Source of the DNA: Massalongia carnosa
Lineage: Eukaryota
Reading direction: 5' to 3'
NCBI GenBank assembly: GCA_965645245.1
Contig: OZ287067.1
Location: 372,001 to 436,000, forward strand
DNA: 64,000 nucleotides
Shown: positions 52,475 through 64,000 of the stretch, one piece after another
Layout of the letters: every line of letters begins with the position of its first letter
Numbering within the stretch: the first letter of the stretch is position 1
The notes under the pieces: generated by a model
What the model was told of the DNA's origin: nothing
The model's database searches: none
The model's input: the letters and a program-made list of their open reading frames with translations, nothing else
Program-made: the position numbers and the translations under genes

Positions 52475-53760
52475 ATGTGGAGGGATCGGACGAACCTGTA
52501 TGTGGGGACGTGAAGAACCCGAGCTTCGGGAGCTGACTGGAAATGCTCTTAGTTATATATCTTATCGGCAATCCTATGCTCATCATCCCACAAAGAAAAG
52601 AAAACTAGTGGGGTCTTCTCCGAACGGCTTCTCCAATTATGGCTCCGAATCAGAAGAACGACGAGGCCTTATGTCTACAGGGGCTTTTGAGGATGATGGA
52701 GATGCTGTTATTGAAATGGATCTGCTGCCTCCACGGTGGGCGGACGTTCAAGACGAAGTTACGGAGCTGTTAGGGGAAATAGCCACAAATTCAGCAAATC
52801 TAGACAGACTCCATCAAAAGCATGTTTTACCAGGCTTCGATGATGATGACGTGAAGAAAGAAGAAGAGTTAGCTATTGAACGCTTGACACAAGAAATCAC
52901 AAGAGGCTTTCACAAATGCCAAATATCTATTCAGAAAGTGGAAATGATGGTCAGAGAGGCAAAACAGCGTGGTGGAGTAAGTAAAGGGGATGAGACAATG
53001 GCCCACAACATTCAGATATCCCTTGCCAGCCGAGTACAAGAGGTCAGCGCAGGCTTTCGGAAGAAGCAAAGTAACTATCTGAAAAGTAAAATATCCTGGT
53101 CAGTAGTTATTGTGTTGGGCTGACAAACATTAAGAGCTGCGCACCCTAGGCGGTCTAACCACGACAATTGATCGGATCGCCACGCCCTCGCAGAACCCAT
53201 ACAGTGATCCTTCGATGATAGAGTCCGAGACTGACAAGTATTTCTCCCAATCTACGCTTCAGCAGACGTCGCAAAAGCATTTTCAGACCAATGACGCTGC
53301 CATCTTGCAAAGGGAGCGAGAAATCAATGACATCGCTACAGGTATCATAGAACTTGCAGATATCTTCAAGGAGCTTCAATCCATGGTCATTGATCAAGGG
53401 ACTATGCTTGATAGAATTGATTATAATGTGGAGAAAATGGCTGAGAATGTCAAGGGCGCTGACAAGGAGCTCATAGTGGTAGGTGCTGTAGTGTTTATAG
53501 AAGATTTAGCAAAACTCATACTTGATATACAGGCAACAGGATACCAGCGAAAGACCACGAAACGGAAGATCCTACTTTTCCTTCTCTTGCTAGTAGTGGG
53601 CATGTTCATCCTCTTGCTTGTGAAACCAAAGGGTCACCACAGCCAGTCAGAATCAGCTGCCCCACCGTCTACTGATCATGTCACTGGAAGCAAAGCTGCC
53701 CTAGCAGGGCTTGTTGATGTCGACAAGGTTGGCGGCTCGATAGCCGGAGCTCTATTCTGA
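52475..53760 (+). CDS. TLG2: t-SNARE Tlg2 (syntaxin-16), 4 exons
   Basis: N-peptide MWRDRTNL^YISYRQSY, LPPRW, LHQKHVLPGFDD, SNARE motif REREINDIA...IDQGTMLDRIDYNVE, C-terminal TM. Confidence 0.94.
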
Positions 53761-54263
53761 GCATGTTTGTTGAGGCACCTTAGCGCTGCATGAACCAAGA
53801 CTCATATTTCATATTGTTTGCCTTCCGAAGTGACTGGTGCCCGGATTGGCCTATATACTATAATATACTATATACTTGCGCTTAGTCGTTGCGTATGCTA
53901 TCCCCCGTTTCCCATTGTGGTGCACCTCGACGGCGACTAATATTTAATTGCAGCCACGGTCCCTCGCCCACCTTCCAACCTCCAACCATCACCACGCCCA
54001 CCAAACCTGTCAGTACAATCTAATTTCATCAAGATTCATCAACATCAACATGCTAATGTGAACTCTGTTATAGTCATAACTACAAACACTACCACATCAC
54101 AACAAAGCAACACCACCTCAAAAAACCGTAAGTTCTTCACACCTTCTACCAACACTTTCACATCACTATCCCTTCTTTGTCTCATTCGCTCAACATATAA
54201 CCTTTTATAGCAGACAATAATAACACTGACTTTAGACCAGAGACGCCCGTTGTTGAGACAGCA

Positions 54264-54836
54264 ATGTCTCAACAAGATTCGGAGGTTGGTGTGGCGGCCT
54301 TGGCCGCAGATGTGGTAGATGTGGAGATGGTGGGCGCAGTGGCGCCGGAGGAGAAGGGCGGGGCGGAGGGGGAAGGGGCCGTGGGCGGAGTGGAGGGGGA
54401 GGAGGCCGCCGCCGCGGGCGCACCGGTTGCGGTGCAGGGTCGGGATGTGGCGCCCTCCGGGGCGACAGTCCTGGCCCTGGAGGCGCAACTGGCGTCTAAG
54501 GACGCGGAGATCGCTGCTCTGCAGCGACAGGTGTCTTGGTTGGCGTGGTGGGCGCGGGAGTACCGCCGCTGCACGCACAACCTCCAGTTGTGCGTGGACG
54601 TGGGCGTGTGCGGGGAGTGTGGCGGGCCTGCCGGGGAAGTGGAGGGGTTGTGGGAGGGGAGTGTTGTGGGGGGTCCGCCGAGTGCGGACGAGGAGTGGGA
54701 GGAGGGGATCGCCGTGGGTCGTGGGGCGGGTGAGGAGGAGGAGGAAGGGGGGAGCGAGTGGCGGAATCTGGGGGAGGCGGGGTGGCCAAGTGCGCCCGGG
54801 TGGGGGGATGAGACGTCTGGTGCTGATGCACCATAG
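54264..54836 (+). CDS. hypothetical acidic 190-aa protein with short coiled coil and Cys cluster
   Basis: ATG-initiated ORF with LEAQLASKDAEIAALQRQV coiled coil and C-x5-C-x5-C-x2-C. High GC makes a chance ORF possible. Confidence 0.35.
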   Translation: MSQQDSEVGVAALAADVVDVEMVGAVAPEEKGGAEGEGAVGGVEGEEAAAAGAPVAVQGRDVAPSGATVLALEAQLASKDAEIAALQRQVSWLAWWAREYRRCTHNLQLCVDVGVCGECGGPAGEVEGLWEGSVVGGPPSADEEWEEGIAVGRGAGEEEEEGGSEWRNLGEAGWPSAPGWGDETSGADAP

Positions 54837-55629
54837 GTGCTTTCTTTTCTCCTTCGTGCGTCTCTGCGTCTCTTGACGCGGGATTGCTCTCTTTTCTTCT
54901 GGCTGCCGCTCACCGGAGCTCTTTTTCCTTTTTTTTAAAAGTTTTTTTAGCTATTCACCGGTTCGGTTCTTGTGGTGCTTGTTCGTGGGTCGCCTTCGTG
55001 CTGTGGAGCTCTGCGTCTGGGGAGCAGGTAGACGCAATCATTCCTTTGCTGTTCTTTTGCTCTAAACATCAATTCACGAGTAACTTCTTCCTCACCCATC
55101 TACCCCCTCATTCATTCCTCTATAGCTCTATCTCGCCCCTCTCATCAATCCACCTATCTACCCGTCCACCCACCAGCGGTTCATCTACTCCTCTACCCAT
55201 CCCCCATCTACGCCTCTCTACTCCTCTACTTCTCTACCCCTCAACACATTTATCCCTCATCAACCAATCCGTCCACCCCAGCAGCCCATTCACAGCCTCT
55301 CTTTACTCCTCCACCCCATCCATCCATTTACTCCATCAACCCTACCAACCGCAGCCATCCCCCATACGCAAGACGCGATCCCCACTTACCTACTTACCTA
55401 GCCCGGTTAGTCTACTTTACTCGCGAGACAGCAAGGTGGGGGGCGTTAGGAGTGATGAGTATGTGAAATGCTAGAGTGGCGGAGTGAGTAAGTGACAAGG
55501 AATGAATGACAAAGGACAAGGGAGAGGCGGATAAGTGATGGAGCGACGGAAGGAAGTAGAGTAGAGAGTAGTGATAAAGCAATAAGTGGCGCAGAACAAG
55601 TGGAATGGAATGGAATATCAAGTCCTGAC

Positions 55630-55673
55630 CATACATACATACATACATACATACATACATACATACATACATA
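55630..55673. repeat. (CATA)n microsatellite, about 11 units
   Basis: Direct reading. Confidence 0.97.
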
Positions 55674-56281
55674 GGCAGATAGGTAGCTAGGTAGCTAGGT
55701 AGTAGGTAGACAGAGGGAATACTAAGTTAATGTTCTCACATATGACTAGGTGGATATTTACATGACACGTCAAAGATCCAAAATCCAAAATCAAACACCT
55801 GTGTAGGTGATTATGAAGATATCAATGAATGAACAGAACGTATACAGCCAGATATGAATGTATATACTTAGATACACACTCAAGGTAAGCCAGGCAAGCA
55901 AACCAAACCAACTAAGACATCCAGCCAGCCAGGCACGATGCAGATCGGCAGCGTGCACACATATCGCACACATCACACACACTCACATACACGCAGGCAG
56001 GAAGCGGAAAGGACGATTTCCCCCCCCCTCTTAGCAGAGAGAAGGTGGGGGGGAGGAATGGTCAAGGTGACGAACAAGCAAACAATTCATGTCTTCCTAT
56101 AAGTACTTATGCACACTACACGTAAGCGGAAAGAAGGGGTTACCTATCCATCAAAGCACCCAGCTATCGTTCCAGCCTATTACTTACGTAAAGTAACTCC
56201 TACAAACCAAAGAAGCGACACTCGGCGGATCTTCCCTCTCTCTTTTTACTCCCCTCGCCCCCAGTCTCCATACTTCACTTT

Positions 56282-57719
56282 TCAAAAACCCCCGCTCTCC
56301 GCTCTCAAAAGCTCCGCCACGTCCTCGTCCAAATCCGCCATTGCATCCTCCCCGCCCCCGAAATCCGGAAAGTCGTTCTCTAGCTTGCGTTTCTTGAACG
56401 CGTTGCCGCCCGCGCTGGTTGGGCTGCCGGCGTAATGGCGTACAGGCGGCATGGAGAGGCTGGAGAGGAGGTCGGAGCCTGGCACGGCGGGAATAGGAGC
56501 GGGAAGCTGGGACTGCACGCGTTCCGGGCGCCCGTTCTTGATGTGGGTTGTGCCTGAGGTGGGAGCCGGAGACGTGTCGAAAGTTTCTGGGAGGGGAGAG
56601 CGGACAGGGGTTAATGACTCGATCGGCGGGGGGGTAAGTTCTTCCATTTTTGGTCGCCTGGGGTCGGATAAAGCGCTTTCATGGGCACCGTTATTGCCGT
56701 TGGTGTGATGCGTGGGGTCGGTGGTAAGAGTTGCGTGGGCGGTCGTTGGGGATGACTCGGCGGAGAGGCCTCGCATAATACCATCTTCGACCTCGCGCTT
56801 CTTCGCCTCGATGATTCCCTTCCTGCTGGAAATTTCAACATGCTGCATCTCCTCCCCCGCCAATGCAGTCCTGTTTGTTTCCAGTATCTTCTCCAACCCG
56901 TCTAGCAGCGCACGCCTTGCTTTGATACTTTCCAACACCGCGCCTTCGGCACTCGCAAGGGATTTGAGAAGCGCGCTAAGGCGGGCTGCGTGGACTGGGG
57001 GCGTGGGTACGGGCTTGCTGGGATCGGTGAGCTTGTCGTATTCGATGTCTGCGGTTGCGGTTGCAGTGTTGGCGGTCGCAACGGCTTTTGACACAGATAT
57101 TTGCAAGGGGACAAGCGGTTGGATTTCGGTTGGCGCAGCGGGGCCGGAGGAGTTGGAGAACAGCGACCCGCCAAGCAAGGGCTTTTTGCTCAAGGAGCGG
57201 GACTTGTCAAGTTCTATAAGAGGGTAGTGTTAGGTCTTTATCCTTCAAGGTGTGGTCGAGGGGGGTTGCGTGCCGTCAATACGGGCCTCAATTGCCTCCT
57301 GAATGGCTGGCTCAAAGATTTGCCGCTGCCGCCATACCTCGATGACTCGTCGCAGTTTCTGCTGCACCTCGTTCGTGGCGCCTTTATAAGCAGTCGCGGA
57401 AGCTTCAGCAATGATTGGAGAAAATGCAATCAGAAAGTCGTCCTTTTTCCTTGCCTTTGACTGTTGGGCGACCTCTAAACATTGTCAATTAGCGTGCCGT
57501 CACCTCATAAATGACGGTGCTGAGCATACCATTAGCCAGGTAAATCAGGTTCAGTCGTTTGCTCCCCCCTGCCTCTTTCAGCTTTTGAAGCCATATAGCA
57601 CCCGTGCGGTCAGCATGGCGCCTGTGAAACATGACCCATTGCGCCACGGTGACGATGCTCTCCTGAGTTTCATTTAAAGCCGAGAGCTTTGCTTTTACGG
57701 CATCATCTGTATACGCCAT
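56282..57719 (-). CDS. RTT103: RNA polymerase II CTD-interacting (CID/RPR) domain protein Rtt103, 3 exons
   Basis: MAYTDDAVKAKLSALNETQESIVTVAQWVMFHRRHA...KRLNLIYLAN^EVAQQSK...LRRVIEVWRQRQIF. Intron 2 (57214-57273) is GC-AG. Confidence 0.9.
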
Positions 57720-58071
57720 TACGAGAGAATTTTTGCGAAGGGGAGGGGCGAGCAGTAAGGGAGAAGATCTATGTTTACTCAGGAAGTTACAAGATGGTGG
57801 ATGCAAACACTTCCCAGCCGAAGGGCGGATTGAAAGAAAGGTGTTATTATGTGAAGATATTCTGTACACATACCACGAGTAGTTTATAGTCTGTACTCCA
57901 TATTCTGTACACTGAGGTACGCAAGTACTCTGTACGCAGTAGGGCGTAGATTTCTTCCTAATACACATGACCGTGCCAGATGCTACTAACTTAATGCAGT
58001 CAAGTCGGAGGGAAGTGAAACACTATCCATACTGTGTAGATTTCTGCTTCACATTCACGCGGCTGACAAAA

Positions 58072-59349
58072 TAACCGGGAATCGGCCAAAATTTTACCCC
58101 ACCAAATTCTCCCCCCTATTTACCATTCAACATCTCAACATATGGCTTCACAACGCCCTACCACCCCTAACTTGGAGCTCCGGGCTGCTAAAGCTCATTA
58201 TTCTACTCCTACCAAAGCTGCAGTTCGAAGTGTCATTCATTTCGCTGAGCGAATGAATTTATCCTACTCCCTACAGAAAACAGGACGTTTTCCAAACATT
58301 CAACGTTAGTACAACGCGTGGCTATGAGATGCTTCGAAATAAATCTTATTCTTCTTCTTCTCGTCAATTTCATCATAATCCTGATGAAGAAGAAACTCAA
58401 GGAAGAAAACAGCTTATTTCTTCCGTCAAAATTCGGGAGATGGAACGTATTCTAGAAGAAGAAGGAATTGAAGCTCGCTCCCTGACTTGGCAAAAATCGG
58501 GCTACGAAGTAGGATTGGATTGTAGTGGTCGTACGGTGCAAAGAGCTATGGGGACAATGGATTATCATAAATGCGTGTCTTGCAAGAAGGGCTGGGTCAA
58601 CCTCAAAACTGCTGCTAAAAGAGTTGAATGGTCAGAATTCATGTTGATCAGATATCCTAATTCAGAGGATTGGAATCGTGTACGATTTAGTGATGAGTTG
58701 CACTTTGGTTGGGGCCCACAAAGTAAACTTCGCATCATTCGAAAACCAGGTCAACGATACTGTCAAGATTGCATTCAAGAGGAGCACATGCCAAATAAGA
58801 AGGATAAAAAGCGTCATCATTGCTAGGCAGCAGTTGGGAGTAGTTTCAAATCATTTATACATTTCTACGATGTAGCTGGCAATATCAATGGAAAAATAAG
58901 TCGAAGGCATACATTGATCAAATTCTTGAGCCCGTCGTCAAGCCATGGCTTGATAATGGTCAGAATTTCGTGTTGGAAGAAGATGGAGACTCAGGTCATT
59001 GACCAGGCAAATCAAACGTCGTTCGTACGTGGAAGGAGAAGAATGGACTAGAGCATTATTTCAATTGTGCCTCATCTCCCGATTTATCCCCCATTGAAAA
59101 TTGCTGGCAGCCCGTCAAACAGGAGCTCTACAAGTATCCTCATTGGGACGACGTGACCACCAAGAGCTTGATTTATGAGGGGTGGGAGCACGTGTCTCAG
59201 TCATTTATAGATGAAAAAGTAGCTAGCATGCTAGAAAGGCTAAAAGCGGTCATTGACGGTGAGGGTAAAATGACTGGTTATTGATTGTACGTAGCAATGC
59301 AGAAAGGGATGGTTTTTCGTGGGGTAAATTTTTGGCCGATTCCCGGTTA
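58072..59349 (+). mobile_element. Tc1-like DNA transposon (DD37E spacing), complete ends, disabled transposase
   Basis: 29-bp TIRs ACCGGGAATCGGCCAAAA(T/A)TTTACCCCAC (58074-58102 / 59319-59347) with TA TSD. Transposase 58142-59284 has [13 protein letters not shown] and SPDLSPIEN, plus two stops and frameshifts. Confidence 0.93.
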
Positions 59350-59388
59350 TTTTGATCAGAAATCGCTTACCCGATAGCTCGTCAGCTT

Positions 59389-59758
59389 TGTGACGATTCA
59401 ACCAGGATGTGGAATTGACTATCTACTGGGAAGCTATGCACTAGAAAATATCAAAGATGCAGAAAGGAAACAAGCAAAAGGTGCCCTCTCTAGGAGTCTA
59501 TATAGATAATCGCTTGGCCCGATCCAGCTGCTTGTATCTTCATCAATAAGTGAACAGTTTGGTCAAACAGTCTTTCTGCCCATTGTCCCTTTCATCCATT
59601 TGTGTTTGCTTTAGAAGGTCGTTCCGATGCGTCCCTTTCAGTCCGTTGATTGCCCCTATGATTGCTAAAAGGGTTGAGTAACGGAAGCGGTTTAGTGCGC
59701 TGGCAGATGCCGTACTTTCCTTTGATTGGCCTTGGGTGGATGTGGTTGAACCGTGACA
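59389..59758 (-). repeat. 3' LTR, 370 bp
   Basis: TGTCACG...CGTCACA on the minus strand, directly after the polypurine tract. Expected TSD is AGCTT (59384-59388). Confidence 0.8.
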
Positions 59759-59843
59759 TTACCTTCTTAAGATCGCGAATCTCCTGATCGCGAAAGTTCG
59801 TCAGTTAGTGGAGGTTCATTAGCACCAAAAGTGACTATCATAA

Positions 59844-62800
59844 TCAGGAAATACTCCATCGAGGCTTGTTAGGGTGTCGAAGATAGAAGTCTTCTACTAT
59901 GTCCTTAGCATTTTCGAAGCCAGTTGCGTCGTACCATTGTCTATCTTCATCATGATCCTTCCATTTGACTTTGAATTGGACTTTTCGATAGTACCTCCGA
60001 GCGTCCAGTATGTCATCCACCTCCCATTCTTCCTTGTTGTCTATTACCGGAGGAGGTGGTTCATTTACTTGTCCGGGTAGAGGGTCGTCAGCTGTTTTTC
60101 TCAATAAGCTGGTATGAAAGACGTCATGAAGTTTCATGGAAGCTGGTAGCTTTAATCGGCATGCGGATCCGATGAGTTCTTCCACTCGGTATGGTCCAAC
60201 CATTTTATGGTCCAGCTTTTTGGAGCTTCTCTCGGTTTGGATGTTTTTGGTGGATAACCAGACCATGTCTCCTTCCTCATAAGTGACTTCGTTTCGGTGC
60301 CGGTCCGCGGCGGTCCTTTGTCTTTTCCTGAGCTTTGGTCATGCTGTTTCGGACGAAGTCCCAAACTTTCTCCATGTCCTCGGTGATGTCCTTGGCTGTT
60401 TCGTTGGCGAGTCTTTGACGAGTGGTGTCGGCCGACAAGTCGGTCAAACTAAAACTCATCCTTGGTTCATAACCTCGATTGGCCATAAAAGGTGAAAGGT
60501 GGGTGGTTTCTGATTCCCCGGAGTTCGCCGCAAACTCGGCCATTGGCAATAGTTCAACCCAGTTGTCCTGAAAGTAGTTGGTGAAACTCCGGAGGTGTCG
60601 TTCCATTTCCTGATTGGCTATTTCGCTTTGGCCGTCCGTTTCAGGATGAAATGCGGTGGAAAGCTTTGCGATGATTCCTAGGATTTTACATATGCCCTTC
60701 CAGGTGTCGGAAACGAACTGCGGTCCTCGATCAGAAATCATACTGGTTGGGAGGCCGTGATATCTCCAAACATTCCCAATCAGCAGTTTAGCGGTGGCTT
60801 CAGCGGTTGTTCCCTCGTCCTTGGCCGTGCATGGAATGTAATGCCGTTCCTTTGACAATGGGTCGACTACCATCAAAATTGCATTGTGACCATTTTGGGA
60901 TTCTGGAAGTCCAGTTACATAATCCAACGAAATGTCTGTCCATGGTCTTTCAGGAACTGGCAGGGGTTTCAGTACTCCATTGTATTTGTCCCTGGGTGCT
61001 TTGGCTCGTTTGCACATATGGCAATTTCTGACATAACGCCGAATCGAGTTCAACATGCCTGGCCAGTAGTAGTCCCTGGCGATTGTTCGTTGTGTTTTTG
61101 CCATTCCGGGATGTCCAACTGCTACTTGATCATGAATTTGTCGAATTACATCGAGGATCAAATCATCGTCAGCGGGAACCCATAAGCGTTCGGCTTTATA
61201 GAGGTGGCCTTCCTTGATTACACAATCCTTGATGCTGGGGAGCGGGTCTAGTTCCAGTGATTCTTCATAGTCCTCTTCGGTCAGCTTACTCCTCATTCGG
61301 TTGCAGGTCTCATCTGAAATATTTCTATGTTTGATCTTTTCTGCGAGGGTAAGGTCTTCATCGATGATCTCGATTGGTTGAAGGTCTAGTCTATCCAAGG
61401 TCAACACCGTTTGTAATTGATGCTTTTGTCTTTCATCTTCGTCATCCTGTGGCTTGTCGTTCGGACGACGTGTAAGAGCATCAGATTTTTCATTTTGCTT
61501 GCCCGTCCTATAGGTGATGACAAAGTTGAACTCTGAGAGGAACTCGGACCATCGGGCCTGTCGTCTGGTGAGTTTCTTTGTGGTCATAAAATGTTCCAGG
61601 CTTTTATGGTCGGTGAAGATTTTAACGGGTAACTCGGTGCTTTCCAATTCGGGCCTCCATTGTTCGAAACATCGGATAATGGCCAGCAGCTCCTTGTCAT
61701 AGATTTCATAGTTGCATTCAGCGGCGTTGAGGTTCTTGGAGAAGAAGGCGACTGGGTGCAACTCTCCATCCTCTCCGTTCTGAGACATTATTCCTCCATT
61801 GACGTGGTCTGATGAGTCCGTGTCCAGATAACATTGTTTCTTCGGGTCGAAGTGAGCTAGGACTGGTGCTTCAATAATTCTCTGTTTCAATCCTTGAAAT
61901 GCTTGTTCACAGACTTCATTCCATTCGAATAATTTTCCCTTTTTCGCCAAAGCGTTCAGTGAACCAGCGATCTTGGAAAAGCCTCTTATGAAACGTCGAT
62001 AAAAGTTACAGAATCCTATGAAAGATCGCACTTCACGAAGACAGGTGGGGACTTCCCAAGTGACTATGGCCTGAACCTTGGCTGGATCCATTTTTATTCC
62101 TTCCGTGGTGATGATTAACCCCAAGTACTTGACTTCAATAACATGAAATTCGCACTTGTCTACACCACTTGAAGACCAGCTTCTTGAAGTTTGGCCAACA
62201 CTTTTCGGACATGTTCTTGATGTTCTGTAACATTCTTGCTGTAGATCAAGATGTCGTCCAAGTAGGCCGAGCAGAATTTATCCAGGTACTCGAACAGAAT
62301 GTCATTGATGAAATGCTGCCAGGAAGAAGGTCCGCCGGTCAGTCCGAATGGTAACACCTTGTATTTGTACGCTCCAAAGCGGCAATTGAAGGTGGTAAGG
62401 TCCTCGGATTCCCTGGCCATTCTCAGCTTGTGAAAAGCCTGTCGAATGTTCAGTTTGGAAAACACTTTGGCTTCCTTCAACTGGGCTAGCGTTTCATCAA
62501 TCAAGGGCAATGGATATCTATCTTTCTTACTTAGTTGGTTCAATTTTCTGTAATCAACACAGAAACAGAGTCCTCCACCTGGTTTCTTGGCTAATAGGAT
62601 AGGAGAAGAACATGCGGCATGACTGGCCTCTATGAACCCCTTTCTTAGATTGTCCTCTAGATATTTCTTCACGAACTCCAATTCCATGCGGGACATACTC
62701 CTCAAATAGCTGTGTCCATGATCTTGATCTCCGGTCAACAGGATCCTGTGATCGTATGGGCGATGAGGTGCTAGCTCATCTGGTTCAGCTTTGGAGAATA

Positions 62801-63659
62801 CCTTCAGAAAGTCATGATATTCTTCAGGAACTTTGGTCTTCGGGTCGGTAGGAGTCGAACTTTCCTTGTTTAGTTGATAGTCAATGTCCCTCAGAGAAAT
62901 TGCGAATAGTTGAACGTCTTTCTCCTTGGTCAGTGATTTATAGGCCGCAGCCCCTATGAGGGCGCAGTCTATCGGCTTATCTTCAGCAGATGACTTTTGT
63001 GATATTCTTTCTGATAGTTCTTTTCCGATTTTCTTAAAAGGTACCGACAATGGGGCGGATCGTTCCGTACAGGTCTCTTCCGGTCGGACTAGGATTTGCT
63101 GGACCGTTCGGGTCTGTTCTGGTTTGTTCGAAGCCGACGTTGTCTGCCTCATCATTTTCATCGGCGTTGGCAGTCCAGGGGCGCCAGGATGGGTGCAATG
63201 CTCAGGCCAGAACATGATCTTGTCGTCCTTCATGTCCAGGAGGAGTCTGTGCTTCCTCATCCAAGGTTTTCCTAGAATCATTCCGTGCTGCCCTAGTTTG
63301 GTGATCAGCAATGGTAATAAATTCTCACGATGATCCTGCATCGTCATGGTGGGATAAATGGCATGGGTAATATTAGGGGCCCGTCGTCCATCAAATCCTC
63401 GCACCGGTTTGGGTTTCGTCAGTTTCTGGGGTTCGATTTGAAGTTGTTCACAAATAGTGCGCACCATTGATTCGTCGATAAAAGCATGTCGCGTAGCACC
63501 GGTGTCTAAAAGAGCATCAAGCTTTATCTCATTCCTGTTACCTAACGTACATGCATGAACAAAAGGTTCATCGGTGAACAAATCACCAGGTAATTAGGAA
63601 GAGGAAATCCATAGAGGTTCCTCCTCATCCGCGCCTTCAGATGAGGTTATTCTTTTCCC
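59844..63659 (-). pseudogene. gypsy pol, lightly disabled
   Basis: Stop at 63594-63596 and frameshifts near 62165 and 60330. RT motif reads KLNIR (usual Asp replaced by Asn). Confidence 0.88.
63653..63659 (-). other. -1 ribosomal frameshift heptamer G GGA AAA at the gag-pol junction
   Basis: Matches X XXY YYZ in the gag frame one codon before the gag TAA (63647-63649). The -1 frame GKRITSSEG... is the pol frame. Confidence 0.8.
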
Positions 63660-64000
63660 GTCTCGCCGCTCATTTCGTGGATAGTGGCTTTGGAAGTTTT
63701 GCTGCAGTCTTTTGCCAAATGTCCCTTTTCTTTGCAGTAAAAACACCTACCTTCCTTCGTTAATTGTTCTCATTCCAAACGTGGCGATGTGACAGCAGGT
63801 TCAATAGGGACGGAGTGAGAAGGTAAGGTTGAAGGTTTGGATGCAGGAATGTCCACTCTAGGCTTGAAGGCTGTTGATGCTTTGATGACGTTTTTCCTTC
63901 CTTCGTTCATTCGATCATAGCTCGCTTTTGAACTCTCGACATCTTTCAAAGCTTGAAAAATTCGCTGGCAACGATGAGCATACTCATAAATGTCCGTGGG

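Larger units (their letters stand above)
59389..64000 (-). mobile_element. Ty3/gypsy chromovirus LTR retrotransposon (5' part outside the window)
   Basis: gag zinc knuckle CFYCKEKGHLAKDC, protease LLDTGAT, RT YLDD, RNase H, integrase HHCC and DDE, chromodomain EEWEVDDILD...VKWK. Purine tract AAGAAGGTAA before the 3' LTR. Confidence 0.97.

Overview
Eukaryotic DNA from a filamentous ascomycete (Pezizomycotina-type short introns, Fot1/pogo, Tad-like LINE and chromovirus elements; species not determinable). Layout: (i) 0.6-6 kb, a three-level transposon nest (a pogo inserted into the terminal repeat of a related pogo, itself carrying a 5'-truncated LINE). (ii) 9.5-24.3 kb, intact genes: LaeA-like methyltransferase, MDM34, CCDC47/DUF1682, COX7, a PPR-like protein and haspin kinase, with an 8-bp-TSD MITE in the COX7/PPR divergent promoter. 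(iii) About 25-45 kb, an accessory-looking block: membrane-anchored fucose-lectin-like protein, a decayed gene, and a head-to-head pair of an atypical heme-thiolate peroxidase and a fatty-acid dioxygenase-P450 fusion, then a LINE fragment and a MITE. (iv) 45-58 kb, housekeeping genes: nucleoside transporter, mitochondrial ABC transporter, calmodulin, TLG2, RTT103. (v) 58-64 kb, a DD37E Tc1-like element and a chromodomain Ty3/gypsy element running off the window. Best leads: the possible oxylipin two-gene module with rewired catalytic motifs, the bipartite hairpin-containing pogo TIRs, an in-frame TAG shared at the same Trp-like codon of two diverged transposases, and recurrent C-to-G skew flips at gene 3' ends. 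All gene models were built by eye and family names come from motif recognition, not database searches.
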